From assembly GCA_047601445.1 (NCBI GenBank), contig JASGJH010000001.1:2400001-2464000 (forward strand): 64,000 nucleotides of DNA. Direction: 5' to 3'. Within the stretch, counting starts at the first letter, position 1. Every line of letters starts with the position of its first letter. Of the stretch, positions 9,198 through 20,362 are shown one piece after another. The translations under genes were made by a program, and so were the position numbers. Below the pieces are notes generated by a model, which was given only the letters and a program-made list of their open reading frames with translations, searched no databases and had not been told where the DNA came from. This stretch comes from Myxococcales bacterium (GTDB lineage: Bacteria; Myxococcota_A; Polyangia; Polyangiales; DASUME01).

Positions 9198-10028
9198 GTG
9201 CCCCTCGACCGGTGAAGGGTCGTCGCGGTCGCACGACACACCATGCATGGCTTCTCGCGGCGTGGTTCGCCGTGAGCTGCCTGCTGGTGCATGGCGTCTC
9301 GCAGCCCACGGCGCGCGCCGAAGACGCGGACGACGCGCCGGCCTCCGAGGTGTTTGCGCGGGTGATCGTCGAAACGGCCCCACTCAGGACGGGCCCCGGC
9401 CCCGGCTTCCGGATCGCGAAGCTCGCGGCCCGGGGCGAGACATTCCGGGTCCATGAACGCGCCACGCGCGGCTATTGGTTGCGGGTGGAGCTTTCGGACG
9501 GCTCACTGGCCTACGTGCAGGGCGACATGGTGTACGCCCACGAGGTCGGTCCACCCTCGCGGCGCGCGCGTGTCATGGCCAAGGTCTTCGCGCCCCCGCC
9601 ACTGCTGCAGGCGCACGGTGAGATCGCGGTTTCGCTCGGCGCGCTGAGCCAGAGCGGCTTCATGGCCATCCGCCCGAGCTGGTTGCTCGGTCCCGTGTTC
9701 GGCATCGAAGGCAACCTGGCGGCCAGTGTGGGCGCCTCCGGCCGGCTGTTCTTGGGCGGAGCCGGCGGCATCGTGAACCTGTTTCCGAGCTGGCCCATCG
9801 TGCCGTTCTTCACGGGCGGCGGCGGCATCGCGTACGCGCGCCCCAACGCGGACAGCTTCGTGCTCGAAGAAGGGACGCGCTCGATGCTCTACGCGGGTGG
9901 CGGCCTGCGCTTTGGCTTTCGGCATCGGATCATCGTGCGCATCGAGGGCCGTGGCTACGCGCTCTTCAACGCGGACAACTTGAAGGCTCAACAGGAGAAT
10001 CAGCGGTGGACTTGCAGCTTTCTTCTGA
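9194..10028 (+). CDS. SH3b domain plus outer-membrane beta-barrel protein (+1 frameshift at 9998)
   Basis: LRTGPGPGF...GYWLRVEL SH3b, then amphipathic strands. Removing one A restores EISGGLAAFF-stop. Confidence 0.8.
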
Positions 10029-10296
10029 GTGCCGCGCGCAGGCGCCGGCGGGCCGACGTGAACTCGCGGCTCGGCGGGCGAAGGCCGGGCCTTGGGCCCT
10101 CCTGCTGTCTCTGGTCGCATTCGCCGCGGGCGGGTGCGTGACCGTGAAGCCCCACGAAAAAGAGCTATTGGCGGACCCCGCAATGGTCTATGGCAGCGGC
10201 GGCGAGGCGGACGCTCAAGAGGGGCATGTGTTGGTGAATCGCGAGGGCTCCGCGGGCGCGGCCGAAGGCAGCGGTGGTGGGTGCGGATGCAACTGA
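10006..10296 (+). CDS. DUF4266 family lipoprotein
   Basis: AAGGC lipobox, VKPHEKELLADPAM, REGS...GGGCGCN. Start uncertain. Confidence 0.85.
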   Translation: MDLQLSSECRAQAPAGRRELAARRAKAGPWALLLSLVAFAAGGCVTVKPHEKELLADPAMVYGSGGEADAQEGHVLVNREGSAGAAEGSGGGCGCN

Positions 10297-11548
10297 TCCG
10301 ACGCAACGTTCTTGGCTCGCGTGCCCGAGGGCGGCGCGCTTCCGCGCTGGTCCACTGGGCTTTGCTCGGGTGGTGGCTCCTTTCGAGCCCTGCCGCAGGC
10401 CAGAGCTCGTTCGACGCGACGACCACCATCTTCCGCGAGTCCGGCGGCCCCCTGAACATGACGGTCATCAACCCGTCCGTGGCCGCCAACGCCCAGGTCG
10501 TCGACGCGTTCTCGGTCCAGGCGGGCTGGGAAGCGGACGTGGTCTCGGGCGCCAGCGTGGCCGTGGTGGACGCTCCGGGCGGCGGCAACGAGGTCGACGC
10601 CATCACCAGCGCCACCACGCTCAGCGACTTCCGCCAGGTGGCCCGGGGCGGCATGGGGCTGCGGGGCGACACCACCCGGCTCGACGCTTTCTACAGCTAC
10701 GGCTGGGAAAACGACTACCGCTCCCAGACGCTCGGGGTGCGGGCGGCCGCGGAGCTGTTCGAGCGCAACACCATCCTGGACCTCACCTACAACCGCGGTT
10801 GGGACCAGGTCTGCGACCTCCTCCAGCCCGAGGCCGAAAAGGCCGTCGAGCGCCAGCGCATGGCGAACTCCGAGGGCTGCTTTGAGCGCGGCAAGGGGCG
10901 CACCACCCGGGATCTGGATACCTATGGCCTGCAGGGCGGCTGGACCCAGAACTGGACGCCGATCTTCAACACCCAGGTCCTGCTGTCCGCCCAGCTGCTC
11001 CACGGCTTCCAGTCGAACCCGTACCGCGCCGTGTGGCTCGGGCGCCGGGCGGCCCAGGAACATCACCCCGACGATCGCGCCCGCTATGCGGTGGGCCTCG
11101 GCTCACGCCTTTGGTTGAGGCCGATCGGCGGCGCTCTACAGTTGATGGCCCGCGCCTACCGCGACACCTGGGACGTCAAGTCGGTGAGTGCCGAGCTCGC
11201 CTATGAGCGCAACATCGGCGTTTATTTCCGGCTGCGGGCGCGGGGACGCTACTACCGCCAGACCGCCGCCGCGTTCTACTCGGACGACTACGCGCTCGAT
11301 CCGGCGGGGCAGTACTTCACGGGCGATCGCGAACTCTCGGCCATGTCGAGCTGGCTCGTGGGCGGGCGCTTCGAATTCCTCCCAGGCGGCGACCGGGCCG
11401 AGCCGATGCTCGGGTTCATCGACAGCCTGCGCATCGTCTTGAAGGCTGACTTCCTGCGCTACGAATTCCCAATTTCCACTACGGTCTCGCTCAAGTCCCC
11501 AACAACACGGCCATCTTTGGAACGGTCGGCATCGAGAGCGTTTTCTAG
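10287..11548 (+). CDS. DUF3570 family outer-membrane protein (one base missing near 11469)
   Basis: DVVSGAS, ENDYRS, GFQSNPYR, YRDTWDV, RYYRQTAAAFY. Frame-corrected end is GTVGIESVF-stop. Confidence 0.85.
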
Positions 11549-11632
11549 GCGCAAGAGACCTGGCTCCGAAACCCGGACGACTTGTCCACTTCTGCTATGA
11601 TCGTTCCCCAGTCGGTGGGCTCGGAGGAGCGA

Positions 11633-12703
11633 ATGGTGGCGACGTATGGTGTGATCATGGCCGGCGGATCGGGAACCCGCTTTTGGCCCCTCTCGCGCGC
11701 AGCTCGCCCCAAGCAGTTGCTCCCACTTGGCGGAGGCGAGCTCTCCTTGTTGCGCGCCACCCAGGAGCGCATGGCCCCGGTGATTCCGGCCGAACGCACC
11801 TATGTAGTGACGTCCGAGGCCCTGGCTGCGCAGACGCGCGCTGAACTACCGCACCTGCCGCCCGAAAACGTGCTGGCAGAGCCCGTGGGTCGCAACACCG
11901 CCCCTTGCGTGGGCTGGGCGACCTCGGTCATCGCCCGCAAGGACCCACAGGCTGTCATCGCGGTGCTGCCCGCTGATCATCACATCGCCAACGAGCGAGC
12001 CTTCCAGGCCACCCTGGAGCGCGCCCTCGAGGCGGCCGCAGGCGGCGACATGGTGACCGTCGGCATCAAGCCCACGCGGCCCGAAACGGGCTACGGCTAC
12101 ATCGAAATGGGCGAGGAACTCTCGCCCGGCGCGTATCGCGCTCGCCGCTTCGTCGAGAAGCCGGACGAGCTGCGGGCGCGACAGTTCCTGGCGGCCGGTC
12201 GGTTCTTCTGGAACAGCGGCATGTTCTTCTTCCGCTCCGACACCCTACTCGCGGCCGTGCGCCAGCACCTGCCCGGCTTGGGCGATGCCCTGGCGTCCTA
12301 CGACGAGGCCGCCAAGCGCGGCGAGGAGCTGGCGCTGGTGAGCGCCACCTACGCGTCGCTTCCGGACGTCTCCGTCGACCACGGTGTGATGGAGAAGACC
12401 TCGCGCATGGCGCTCATTCCGGGTGACTTCGGCTGGTCCGACGTGGGCAGCTGGACCACGGCTTGGGAGCTCGCCGAGCGAGACGGCGAAGACAATGCGC
12501 TGTTCGGAGAGGCCGTCATGGTCGACACCCGGCGCTCCTACGTGCGCGCCCCGGAAGGCAAGGTGGTCGCGGTGGTCGGGCTCGAAGACGTCGTGGTGGT
12601 CGACACCGAAGACGCCCTCCTGGTGATGCCCCGCAGCCGCGCCCAAGACGTGCGTGCCGTCGTCAATGCACTGAAGAGTCAGAAGAAAACGAAGCACCTC
12701 TGA
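11633..12703 (+). CDS. manC: Mannose-1-phosphate guanylyltransferase
   Basis: MAGGSGTRFWPLSR, PKQLL, EPVGRNTAP, FVEKP, WSDVGSW. Confidence 0.93.
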   Translation: MVATYGVIMAGGSGTRFWPLSRAARPKQLLPLGGGELSLLRATQERMAPVIPAERTYVVTSEALAAQTRAELPHLPPENVLAEPVGRNTAPCVGWATSVIARKDPQAVIAVLPADHHIANERAFQATLERALEAAAGGDMVTVGIKPTRPETGYGYIEMGEELSPGAYRARRFVEKPDELRARQFLAAGRFFWNSGMFFFRSDTLLAAVRQHLPGLGDALASYDEAAKRGEELALVSATYASLPDVSVDHGVMEKTSRMALIPGDFGWSDVGSWTTAWELAERDGEDNALFGEAVMVDTRRSYVRAPEGKVVAVVGLEDVVVVDTEDALLVMPRSRAQDVRAVVNALKSQKKTKHL

Positions 12704-12722
12704 GGTCGAGGCTCAACCCACC

Positions 12723-14078
12723 ATGTTGCCCAACCACATTTTCCGTGAGTACGACATTCGAGGCGTCGCCGACCGCGACATGCTCGAGACCGACGTCGAA
12801 GATCTCGGCCGCGCGCTCGGCACTTTCCTCGCTCGCCAGGGGGCCAAGCGCATTGGGTTGGGACGGGATTGCCGCCTGAGCTCGCCGCGACTGCACCGCG
12901 CCCTGCGGAAGGGTTTGCTCGAGACCGGCCTGGCCGTGATCGACATCGGCGTGGGCCCGACCCCGATGCTGTACTTCGTGGTCTTCGATCTCGACCTCGA
13001 TGGTGGTGTGCAGATCACGGGCAGCCACAATCCGCCCGAAGACAACGGCTTCAAGATGATGAAGGGCAAGGCGTCGCTGTTCGGCCCGGACATCCAGACC
13101 TTGCGCGGGATGATCGAGCAACGCGACTTCGATCTGCCCGGCGGCGGCGTGGTGGAAGAGCACGATCCGCTCCCGGCCTACACGGGCTTCATGCGCGGCA
13201 ACATCGCGCTGACGCGCACCGATCTGCGCATCGCCATCGATGCTGGCAACGGCGCGGGCGGGCCGGCTGCGAGCGCGGCCTTGCGCAGCGTGGGCCTCAA
13301 GCCGATCGAGCTTCTGTGCGAGATGGATGGCGCCTTCCCGGTGCACCATCCGGATCCGTCTCAGCCCGAGAACCTCGAGTTGTTGAGGCGCACCGTGCTC
13401 GAGAACGGGCTCGACCTCGGCATCGCGTTCGATGGTGACGCCGACCGTATCGGTGTCATCGATGGTCGCGGCGACACGATCTGGGGCGACAAGCTCATGA
13501 TCCTGTTCTCGCGCGCAATCCTCGAGCGCCATCCAGGCGCGCCCATCATCAGCGAAGTGAAGTGCTCGCAGACGCTCTATGCGGACATCGCAGCCCACGG
13601 CGGTCGCCCGATCATGTGGCGCACGGGACATTCGCTGATCAAGAAGAAGATGAAAGAGGAACACGCGCTCCTGGCCGGAGAGATGAGCGGCCACATGTTC
13701 TTCGCCGACCGCTTCTTCGGCTTCGATGACGCCATCTACGCGAGCCTGCGGCTACTCGAGATCGTGGCGTCCGCCAAGGCACCGCTACACGAGCTCCTGG
13801 CCGATGTGCCGCTCACCTACGCGACGCCGGAGCTGCGCGTGGATTGCCCGGACCAGACCAAGTTCGGGTTGGTGGAGCGCGTGCTCGCCCACTACCGCGC
13901 AACGCACGAGGTCATCGATGTCGACGGCGCGCGCATCCAGTTCGAAGGCGGCTGGGGGCTCGTGCGAGCGTCCAACACCCAGCCCGTCTTGGTGCTGCGC
14001 TTCGAGGCCGATAGCCAGAGCCGACTGGCCGAGATCCGCCAGGAAGTGGAAGCCACGGTGGAGCAGCTCAAGCTCTGA
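12723..14078 (+). CDS. algC: Phosphomannomutase/phosphoglucomutase
   Basis: FREYDIRG, TGSHNP, FDGDADR, GEMSGH, RASNT. Confidence 0.93.
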   Translation: MLPNHIFREYDIRGVADRDMLETDVEDLGRALGTFLARQGAKRIGLGRDCRLSSPRLHRALRKGLLETGLAVIDIGVGPTPMLYFVVFDLDLDGGVQITGSHNPPEDNGFKMMKGKASLFGPDIQTLRGMIEQRDFDLPGGGVVEEHDPLPAYTGFMRGNIALTRTDLRIAIDAGNGAGGPAASAALRSVGLKPIELLCEMDGAFPVHHPDPSQPENLELLRRTVLENGLDLGIAFDGDADRIGVIDGRGDTIWGDKLMILFSRAILERHPGAPIISEVKCSQTLYADIAAHGGRPIMWRTGHSLIKKKMKEEHALLAGEMSGHMFFADRFFGFDDAIYASLRLLEIVASAKAPLHELLADVPLTYATPELRVDCPDQTKFGLVERVLAHYRATHEVIDVDGARIQFEGGWGLVRASNTQPVLVLRFEADSQSRLAEIRQEVEATVEQLKL

Positions 14079-14198
14079 AGCTCTGGCTCCGAACACAGAG
14101 GCTCGGAGCTCGTTTTCTAGTGCAGATCGGCTTTTCCAGGGGGCCGGCGCGACAGCGCGCGGGTTTCGTGGTGAAGTACGGCGTTGGAGGATTCCAGG

Positions 14199-14666
14199 AT
14201 GAGTACGACCGAAATCACCACCGAGAACTTCGAGAACATCATCGAGACGAGCGACATCGTGGTGCTCGATGCTTGGGCAGCCTGGTGTGGTCCCTGCAAA
14301 TCCTTCGCGCCCATCTTCGAGGCGGCGTCCGAGCGTCATCCGGGCGTGGTGTGGGGCAAGCTGGACACCGAGAATCAGCGCGAGCTGGCCGCCATGTTCG
14401 GGATTCGCTCCATCCCCACGGTGATGGTGTTCCGGCAGGGCGTGCTGCTCTTCCAGCAGGCGGGCCTCTTACCCGCCGGTGCGCTCGACGAGCTGATCGG
14501 CAAGGTGCAGGAGCTCGACATGGAGGCCGTGCACAAGGAGATCGAGGAGCACGAGAAGCTCCACGCAGCGGGCCAGTGCGGCCATGATCACGGGCACGGC
14601 CACGGTCATGCTCACGGCCATGGCGAGCACGGTCATCAGCACGGGCCCGACTGCGACCACGATTGA
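14199..14666 (+). CDS. Thioredoxin with His-rich C-terminal tail
   Basis: WAAWCGPC, IRSIPT. Confidence 0.9.
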   Translation: MSTTEITTENFENIIETSDIVVLDAWAAWCGPCKSFAPIFEAASERHPGVVWGKLDTENQRELAAMFGIRSIPTVMVFRQGVLLFQQAGLLPAGALDELIGKVQELDMEAVHKEIEEHEKLHAAGQCGHDHGHGHGHAHGHGEHGHQHGPDCDHD

Positions 14667-14733
14667 GTCGCACCAGGCGCGCACGCGTGCCTGAATCCCG
14701 GCGCGTCAGCGCGCAGCTGAAGAACCGAGCGGG

Positions 14734-16305
14734 TCAGCGCGCAGACTTGGGCGCCGGCTGGAGCGTGATGCTCAGCTCCGCCACCGCACGACCAGTAGGG
14801 TTGGCCACGAAGTCGCTCGGCGCCACGACCTTGACCTGCGGTACATGCCCCTTGAGGTAGACCAGGATCTCCTGCGTGCTCTCGAGGGGTAGGTTCTCGA
14901 TGCGGGCCTCCGGCGCGAAGCCCACCAGCTGATAGATTTTGGCGCCCTTGGGCGTGGTCACGATGCGCACCGTGCCGAGCCCCCCTTGCGGGCTCCCCAC
15001 CTGCATCGGCATCTGACTGGGGCCGAGCTCCAGCGCGGCTTCGGGCGGCGCCTTCGGACCAAGTTGCATGGCAATCTCGAGCCGCGCGCCCTCCGGTGTG
15101 CGCTCCCACTCGGCTTCGGGTGCCACCACCAAGCGGCTCGGCGCGAAGCCTTCCATGGTGGCCACGAACTCTTGCGCTACCCCGATGGGCACGTGCGGAA
15201 CGTTGACTGGACCGCGGCCCAAGAAACGCAGCACCTGCGTACGCTCCGGTTCGAGGTGGATCACCAGGTCGCCCGCCTTGGGAGCCGCGGGCGCGGGTTT
15301 GGGCTCGGGCGTCGGTGCCGCGACCTCGGGCGCCTTGCCGAGTAGGCGATCGATGGCTTCCGGGCGCATCACGAAGGTGGCGGCTCCGAGGCCGACTGCG
15401 AGCCCCAAGAAACCCAGACCGAGCCACAGGCCCTTGCCCTGGCTCGGACGGATGGAGGCGCCCGGAGGCAGCGACCCGAAGCGCGGCTGCGATGAGCTCG
15501 GGGCGCGCAGCTGGGCGGGGACGTGCTTGCGCGGCGGAGGCGCGGCGCTCATCGGCGTCATGCGCGGAGCCGCCGGCGGCATCGGGTCCATGCGCGTTTC
15601 GATGTGAATGTTCGCCAGTGGCCTGCCCTCGCGGTCCTCGAAGGAAAGGTCGCCACTCCGATCGCCGATCTCCTCCACGGGTTCGCGAATCGTCGCGTCG
15701 CGGGCGCGACCGGTGGGATTGCTGCTCTCGCGGAGCTGATGCGGCGACGTGGGCTCGTCCTCGCGCTGCGGAACGGGATCCGGGCTCGCGTCACCGCCGA
15801 GCAAGGCGCTCAGCTCCGAGTCGAGATCTTGAAACGTCGGCGCCGCACCTGCCCGTGGCGACAAGCGTTGATCGGCCTGCACTTCGCGCACCATGCGCGC
15901 GAGCACCCTCCGGGACGCGTTGCGGTTGAGCGGTACCAGCGAGGCCTCGAGATCATCGCGCAGCTGGTTCAACGACCAGATGCCGCCGCGCGGACCTTCC
16001 TCGACCAGCCGCATCAAGGCTGGCGCGGGCGCGGGACCGGCGGCCACCAGCAGCGAGGTCAGGTCGCGGTGCAGCGCGCGCGCGCTGGTCCGCTCGTCGC
16101 AATCTGACGCCTCCGCCAGAGCGACTGCCCCGTCCTCCGAAATCTCGATGGTGGACAGGGAGAGCAGACAGGGACCGCTGGAGAGCAGCTGCTCGCAGGC
16201 CTCGAGGATCACGAAGGTGCCGATCTCCGCGGGCAAGCGCGTCTTGAAGCGCGTCAAGCTGCGCAGCAGTTCTTCGGCTGTGACGCGGCCCGGCCCCGTG
16301 CTCAT
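14734..16305 (-). CDS. Membrane protein with degenerate kinase-like N-terminus, Pro-rich linker, TM and PEGA-like periplasmic domains
   Basis: ATG overlaps the hisF stop; [30 protein letters not shown]...VYLKGH PEGA-like segment. Confidence 0.7.
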   Translation of the reverse strand: MSTGPGRVTAEELLRSLTRFKTRLPAEIGTFVILEACEQLLSSGPCLLSLSTIEISEDGAVALAEASDCDERTSARALHRDLTSLLVAAGPAPAPALMRLVEEGPRGGIWSLNQLRDDLEASLVPLNRNASRRVLARMVREVQADQRLSPRAGAAPTFQDLDSELSALLGGDASPDPVPQREDEPTSPHQLRESSNPTGRARDATIREPVEEIGDRSGDLSFEDREGRPLANIHIETRMDPMPPAAPRMTPMSAAPPPRKHVPAQLRAPSSSQPRFGSLPPGASIRPSQGKGLWLGLGFLGLAVGLGAATFVMRPEAIDRLLGKAPEVAAPTPEPKPAPAAPKAGDLVIHLEPERTQVLRFLGRGPVNVPHVPIGVAQEFVATMEGFAPSRLVVAPEAEWERTPEGARLEIAMQLGPKAPPEAALELGPSQMPMQVGSPQGGLGTVRIVTTPKGAKIYQLVGFAPEARIENLPLESTQEILVYLKGHVPQVKVVAPSDFVANPTGRAVAELSITLQPAPKSAR

Positions 16306-17118
16306 GCCTTGGGCCCCTGGGCCTTGATGGCGCGCTGCGCCTCGCTGGGGGGGCGCACGCGTACGCCCTGGGACAGCAAGTAGTCCTTCACCTGCGCCAC
16401 GGTGTAGGTCCCGTCGTGAAAGATCGAGGCGGCCAGAGCCGCATCGGCCAGCGCATCGCGGAACCCGTGAGCGATGTGCTCGAGGTTGCCCACGCCGCCC
16501 GAGGCGATCACCGGGATGCTCACACGCTCGGCCACGGCCCGCGTGAGAGCCACGTCGTAGCCGTCCTTGGTGCCATCGCGATCCATGCTCGTCAGCAGGA
16601 TCTCCACCGGCCCCGAGCTGCTCGATGCGGTAAGCCCACTCCACCGCGTCGAGCCCCTCGTTGGTGCGTCCGCCGTGAGTGAAGACTTGCCAACGCGGAG
16701 CCTCGCCCGGGCCACTCACGCGCTTGGCATCGACCGCGACCACGATGGCCTGCGATCCGTACGCTGCAGCCACATCAGCCACGAAGTCGGGGTTCCGCAC
16801 GGCCGCGGTGTTGATCGAGACCTTGTCGGCACCCGCCATCAACAGGTCGCGCACGTCTTCTCTCGCGCGCACGCCGCCGCCCACCGTCAACGGCGCCGCG
16901 ATGTTCTCCGCAGTGCGCTCCACCACGTCGAGCAGAATGCGACGCTGATCGCTGGAGGCCGTGATGTCCAGGAACGTGATCTCATCAGCGCCCATGGCGT
17001 CGTAGCGCAGCGCGCACTCCACCGGATCGCCCGCGTCGCGCAGGCCGACGAAGTTGATGCCCTTGACGACACGACCCGCCTTCACATCGAGGCACGGGAT
17101 AATGCGCTTGGCGAGCAC
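16302..17118 (-). CDS. hisF: Imidazole glycerol phosphate synthase cyclase subunit (+1 frameshift ~16605)
   Basis: [24 protein letters not shown] in one frame; [24 protein letters not shown] in the next. Confidence 0.93.
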
Positions 17119-17119
17119 G

Positions 17120-17845
17120 TCAGCCCTCCCCTGCGCAGACTCGGAACGCCTGGGCCAATGTGAACGCACCGCTGTACAGCGCGCGTCCGCACACCGCCGA
17201 GCGCACGCCCGCCTCGCGCAACGCCGCGAGATGCTCCAGCGCTCCGATGCCCCCGGAGGCGATCACAGTGGCCTTCACCTGGGCCTGAAGCTTGGCCGTT
17301 GCCTCGACGGCGGGCCCCTCGCGGGTGCCGTCGCGATCGATGTCGGTGAACAGGATGGCGCTGGTGCCCCAAGCATCGGCCTGAGCGGCCACCTCGTGCA
17401 CGGGCTTGCCGGTGGCTTCGAGCCAACCCTCCACGGCGATCATTCCGCCCTTGGCATCGAGCGCCATCACGACGCCGTCCGGATGCTCCGCGCACAGCGA
17501 ACGCGCCAGCTCGGGATTCTTGATGGCCACGGTGCCGAGCACCACGCGCGTGGCGCCCGCTTGGTACCAGGCCTCGGCCGCCTCGCGGCTGCGGATGCCG
17601 CCACCGACCTGCACCAGGAGCTCGGGTGCGGCCTTGAGGATTTGCTCGATCACGTGCCGGTTGCCGGGCTTTCCATCGCGTGCGCCGTCCAAATCCACCA
17701 CGTGCAGTCGACGCGCCCCGGCGTCGCGGAAGAGCTTGGCTTGGCCCGCAGGGTCATCGGAATACACCGTGACCTGGGCGTAGTCTCCCTTGTGCAAGCG
17801 CACGACTTTGCCCGCCAAAAGATCGATCGCCGGAATGAACTCCAT
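17120..17845 (-). CDS. hisA: ProFAR isomerase
   Basis: [30 protein letters not shown]. Confidence 0.93.
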   Translation of the reverse strand: MEFIPAIDLLAGKVVRLHKGDYAQVTVYSDDPAGQAKLFRDAGARRLHVVDLDGARDGKPGNRHVIEQILKAAPELLVQVGGGIRSREAAEAWYQAGATRVVLGTVAIKNPELARSLCAEHPDGVVMALDAKGGMIAVEGWLEATGKPVHEVAAQADAWGTSAILFTDIDRDGTREGPAVEATAKLQAQVKATVIASGGIGALEHLAALREAGVRSAVCGRALYSGAFTLAQAFRVCAGEG

Positions 17846-18474
17846 CACGCACCTCCTACGAAGCGCTGAAGCAGGCGATGTCCCTCTTCTTGGCTCTTCT
17901 CTGGATGAAACTGACAAGCGAACACGTTGTCTCGCCCCACCGCGACGCAAAATGGGCCGCCGTACTCGGCCGTGCCCACGACCACGTCAGGATCCTCGGG
18001 CTGACAATAGAACGAGTGCACGAAGTAGAACCAGGCGTCCTGCTGCGGCAATAGCGCGTGGTTTCCACGCACCGTGTTCCAGCCCATGTGCGGGACCTTC
18101 AGGCGCTCTCCCGAGGTGGCGTCGCGCATGTCCGACGAAAAGCGCCGCACGCGTCCCTTGAAGTGCGCGATCCCCGGCCGACCGGGAGCCTCCTCGCTCT
18201 CTTCGAAGAGAAGCTGCATACCGAGGCACAGACCCAGGTACGGATTGCCGCGCGCGATCACGGTGCGCAGCGCCTCGCCGAAGCCGCGCTCGAGCGCCAC
18301 GACGCAATCGCGGAACGCCCCTTGACCCGGCACGATGACCCGATCGGCACGCACGAGCGCGTCCGGATCGGCGGTGATGGTGGCCTGGCCTCCCGCGCGC
18401 TCCACGGCGCGCGCCACACTGCGGAGGTTGCCGACACCCAGGTCGGCAATCACGACTGACTTTGCGCTGATCAT
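17845..18474 (-). CDS. hisH: IGP synthase glutaminase subunit
   Basis: GNLRSV, PGQG, GLCLGMQ, VPHMGWN, QFHPEKS. Confidence 0.93.
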   Translation of the reverse strand: MISAKSVVIADLGVGNLRSVARAVERAGGQATITADPDALVRADRVIVPGQGAFRDCVVALERGFGEALRTVIARGNPYLGLCLGMQLLFEESEEAPGRPGIAHFKGRVRRFSSDMRDATSGERLKVPHMGWNTVRGNHALLPQQDAWFYFVHSFYCQPEDPDVVVGTAEYGGPFCVAVGRDNVFACQFHPEKSQEEGHRLLQRFVGGA

Positions 18475-18481
18475 CGGAGCC

Positions 18482-19075
18482 TCATTCGGAGAGCGTGCCC
18501 TTGGTGGAGGGCACACCAGTCACGCGTGGGTCGATCTCGGTGGCCTCGCGCAGCGCGCGCGCCAAAGCCTTGAACGAGATTTCGATGATGTGGTGGAGGT
18601 TCTCTCCCGCGTGCAACAGCATGTGCAGGTTGCACTGGGCGCCCCTCACGAAGCCCTCGAAGAACACCTCGGCGAGCTCGGTGTCGAACTCGCCCAGCTT
18701 CGCCTTCGGGAGCGGCACCTTCCAGACGAAGAAGGTGCGCCCGGAGAGGTCGAGCGCGCAGGTGACCATGGCCTCGTCCATCGGCAATGTCGCCGAGCCG
18801 TAGCGCCGGATGCCGCGCTTGTCGCCGAGCGCGTCCGCGAAGGCGCGGCCCAGCGTGATGCCGAGGTCCTCGGTGGTGTGGTGGCCGTCGATGTGAACGT
18901 CACCCTTGGCAACGACCGTGAGATTGAAGAGCCCATGTCGTGAGAGCTGCTCGACCATGTGGGTCAGAAACGGCAGGGGCGTCTCAATCTGGTGCTTGCC
19001 GGTGCCATCCAGGTTGAGTTCGACGCGGATTTGAGTCTCGCTCGTCTTGCGCTCGAGGGTCGCCTTACGGGTCAT
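18482..19075 (-). CDS. hisB: Imidazoleglycerol-phosphate dehydratase
   Basis: DGHHTTED, LPMDE, NLHHIIE, PSTKG. Confidence 0.95.
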   Translation of the reverse strand: MTRKATLERKTSETQIRVELNLDGTGKHQIETPLPFLTHMVEQLSRHGLFNLTVVAKGDVHIDGHHTTEDLGITLGRAFADALGDKRGIRRYGSATLPMDEAMVTCALDLSGRTFFVWKVPLPKAKLGEFDTELAEVFFEGFVRGAQCNLHMLLHAGENLHHIIEISFKALARALREATEIDPRVTGVPSTKGTLSE

Positions 19076-19144
19076 GATGCGGCCCGAACGATAGCACGCA
19101 GGGTGCACTCACTCTCATTTGGCGTACCCTCGCCGGGGCTCGAC

Positions 19145-20362
19145 GTGAAACCCGCTGGCATCTTCGTTTTCGCCCTCACTTACCTACTGATCTCCGCGCG
19201 CAAGCTGCCTTGGCTGGGCTTCGATCGGCCCGCCGCGACGCTGCTTGGGGCCGTGTTGGCGGTGGGCCTGGGGGTGCTGAGCCCGCGGGGGGCCCTCGAA
19301 GCCATCGACGGCCCAACCATCGTCCTGCTGTTCGGCGTCATGGGAATGGGGGCGTTCCTTGGTTTCGACGGGGTGCTGGAAGACCTGGAGGCCAGCCTGG
19401 CCCGGGCCGCGGGCACCCCAGCGAGGCTGCTCGGCTACTTGATGTGGGCCGCCGGCGGGCTGAGCGCCTTGGTGACCAACGACGCCGTCTGCGTGCTCGC
19501 CACGCCCCTCGTGGTGCAGCTGGTGCGACGCCATCGACTGCCCCCGCTGCCCTTTCTGTTGGGACTCGCCACGGCCGCCAACACCGGCAGCGTGGCCACC
19601 CTGGTGGGCAATCCGCAGAACATGCTGTGCGCGAACCTGGCCCAGCTCTCCTATCGCGAGCACCTCTCGCTGCTGGGTCCCGTCGCCGTGGTGGGCCTGG
19701 CCATGAACCACGGGCTCGTCCACCTGCTGTTCCGACGTGAACTGCGGGCCAGCTCCCTCGTGAGCACCACGCCGCGTGCGTTCTCTCGCCGAGCCTGGCT
19801 GCCCATTGCCGTCAACCTGGGCGTCGCGGCCGCGTGCCTGATGGGAGCCAACCTGGCCTGGGCCGCCGTGGGCGGCTTCGTGACCCTCATGCTGATTTAT
19901 CGGCGCGACACGAGTGCGCTGTGGGGGCGCATCGATTGGTCGCTGCTGCTGTTCTTCGCGGGCTTGTTCGTGGTGGTCGCGGCGTTGGTTCAGAGCGGCC
20001 TGCCCGCCACCTTCTTTGCCCGTTTTCCCCTGGTCCAGGAGCAGGGCGGCCTGGCGGCGAACCTGCGCCTCTCGGCCATTTTCCTGTTCGGCTCGAACGT
20101 GGTCTCGAACGTGCCGTTCATCGTCCTCATCAGCAGTGAGATGAACAAGCTCTCCGAGCCCCGCCTGGCCTGGGAGATGCTGGCCATGGCGTCCACCTTT
20201 GCGGGCAACCTCACGCTGGTGGGCTCGGTTGCCAATTTAATCGTGGCCGAGGGCGCCCGCGAGCTGGGCGGTATCGGCTTTTGGGCCTACTTGCGGGTCG
20301 GCCTACCGGTCGCCCTGGGCACCACGTTGCTCGGCACGCTCTGGCTCAGTTGGCGTTTCTGA
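19145..20362 (+). CDS. ArsB/NhaD/SLC13-type anion permease
   Basis: SALVTND, ANTGSVATLVGNPQN, VSNVP, STFAGNLTLVGSVANLIV. Confidence 0.88.
   Translation: MKPAGIFVFALTYLLISARKLPWLGFDRPAATLLGAVLAVGLGVLSPRGALEAIDGPTIVLLFGVMGMGAFLGFDGVLEDLEASLARAAGTPARLLGYLMWAAGGLSALVTNDAVCVLATPLVVQLVRRHRLPPLPFLLGLATAANTGSVATLVGNPQNMLCANLAQLSYREHLSLLGPVAVVGLAMNHGLVHLLFRRELRASSLVSTTPRAFSRRAWLPIAVNLGVAAACLMGANLAWAAVGGFVTLMLIYRRDTSALWGRIDWSLLLFFAGLFVVVAALVQSGLPATFFARFPLVQEQGGLAANLRLSAIFLFGSNVVSNVPFIVLISSEMNKLSEPRLAWEMLAMASTFAGNLTLVGSVANLIVAEGARELGGIGFWAYLRVGLPVALGTTLLGTLWLSWRF

Noticed and set aside
14734..17169. 811-aa HisF-membrane protein fusion in the ORF track
   Set aside because: Artefact of the +1 frameshift at ~16605; the HisF C-terminal half lies in another frame.
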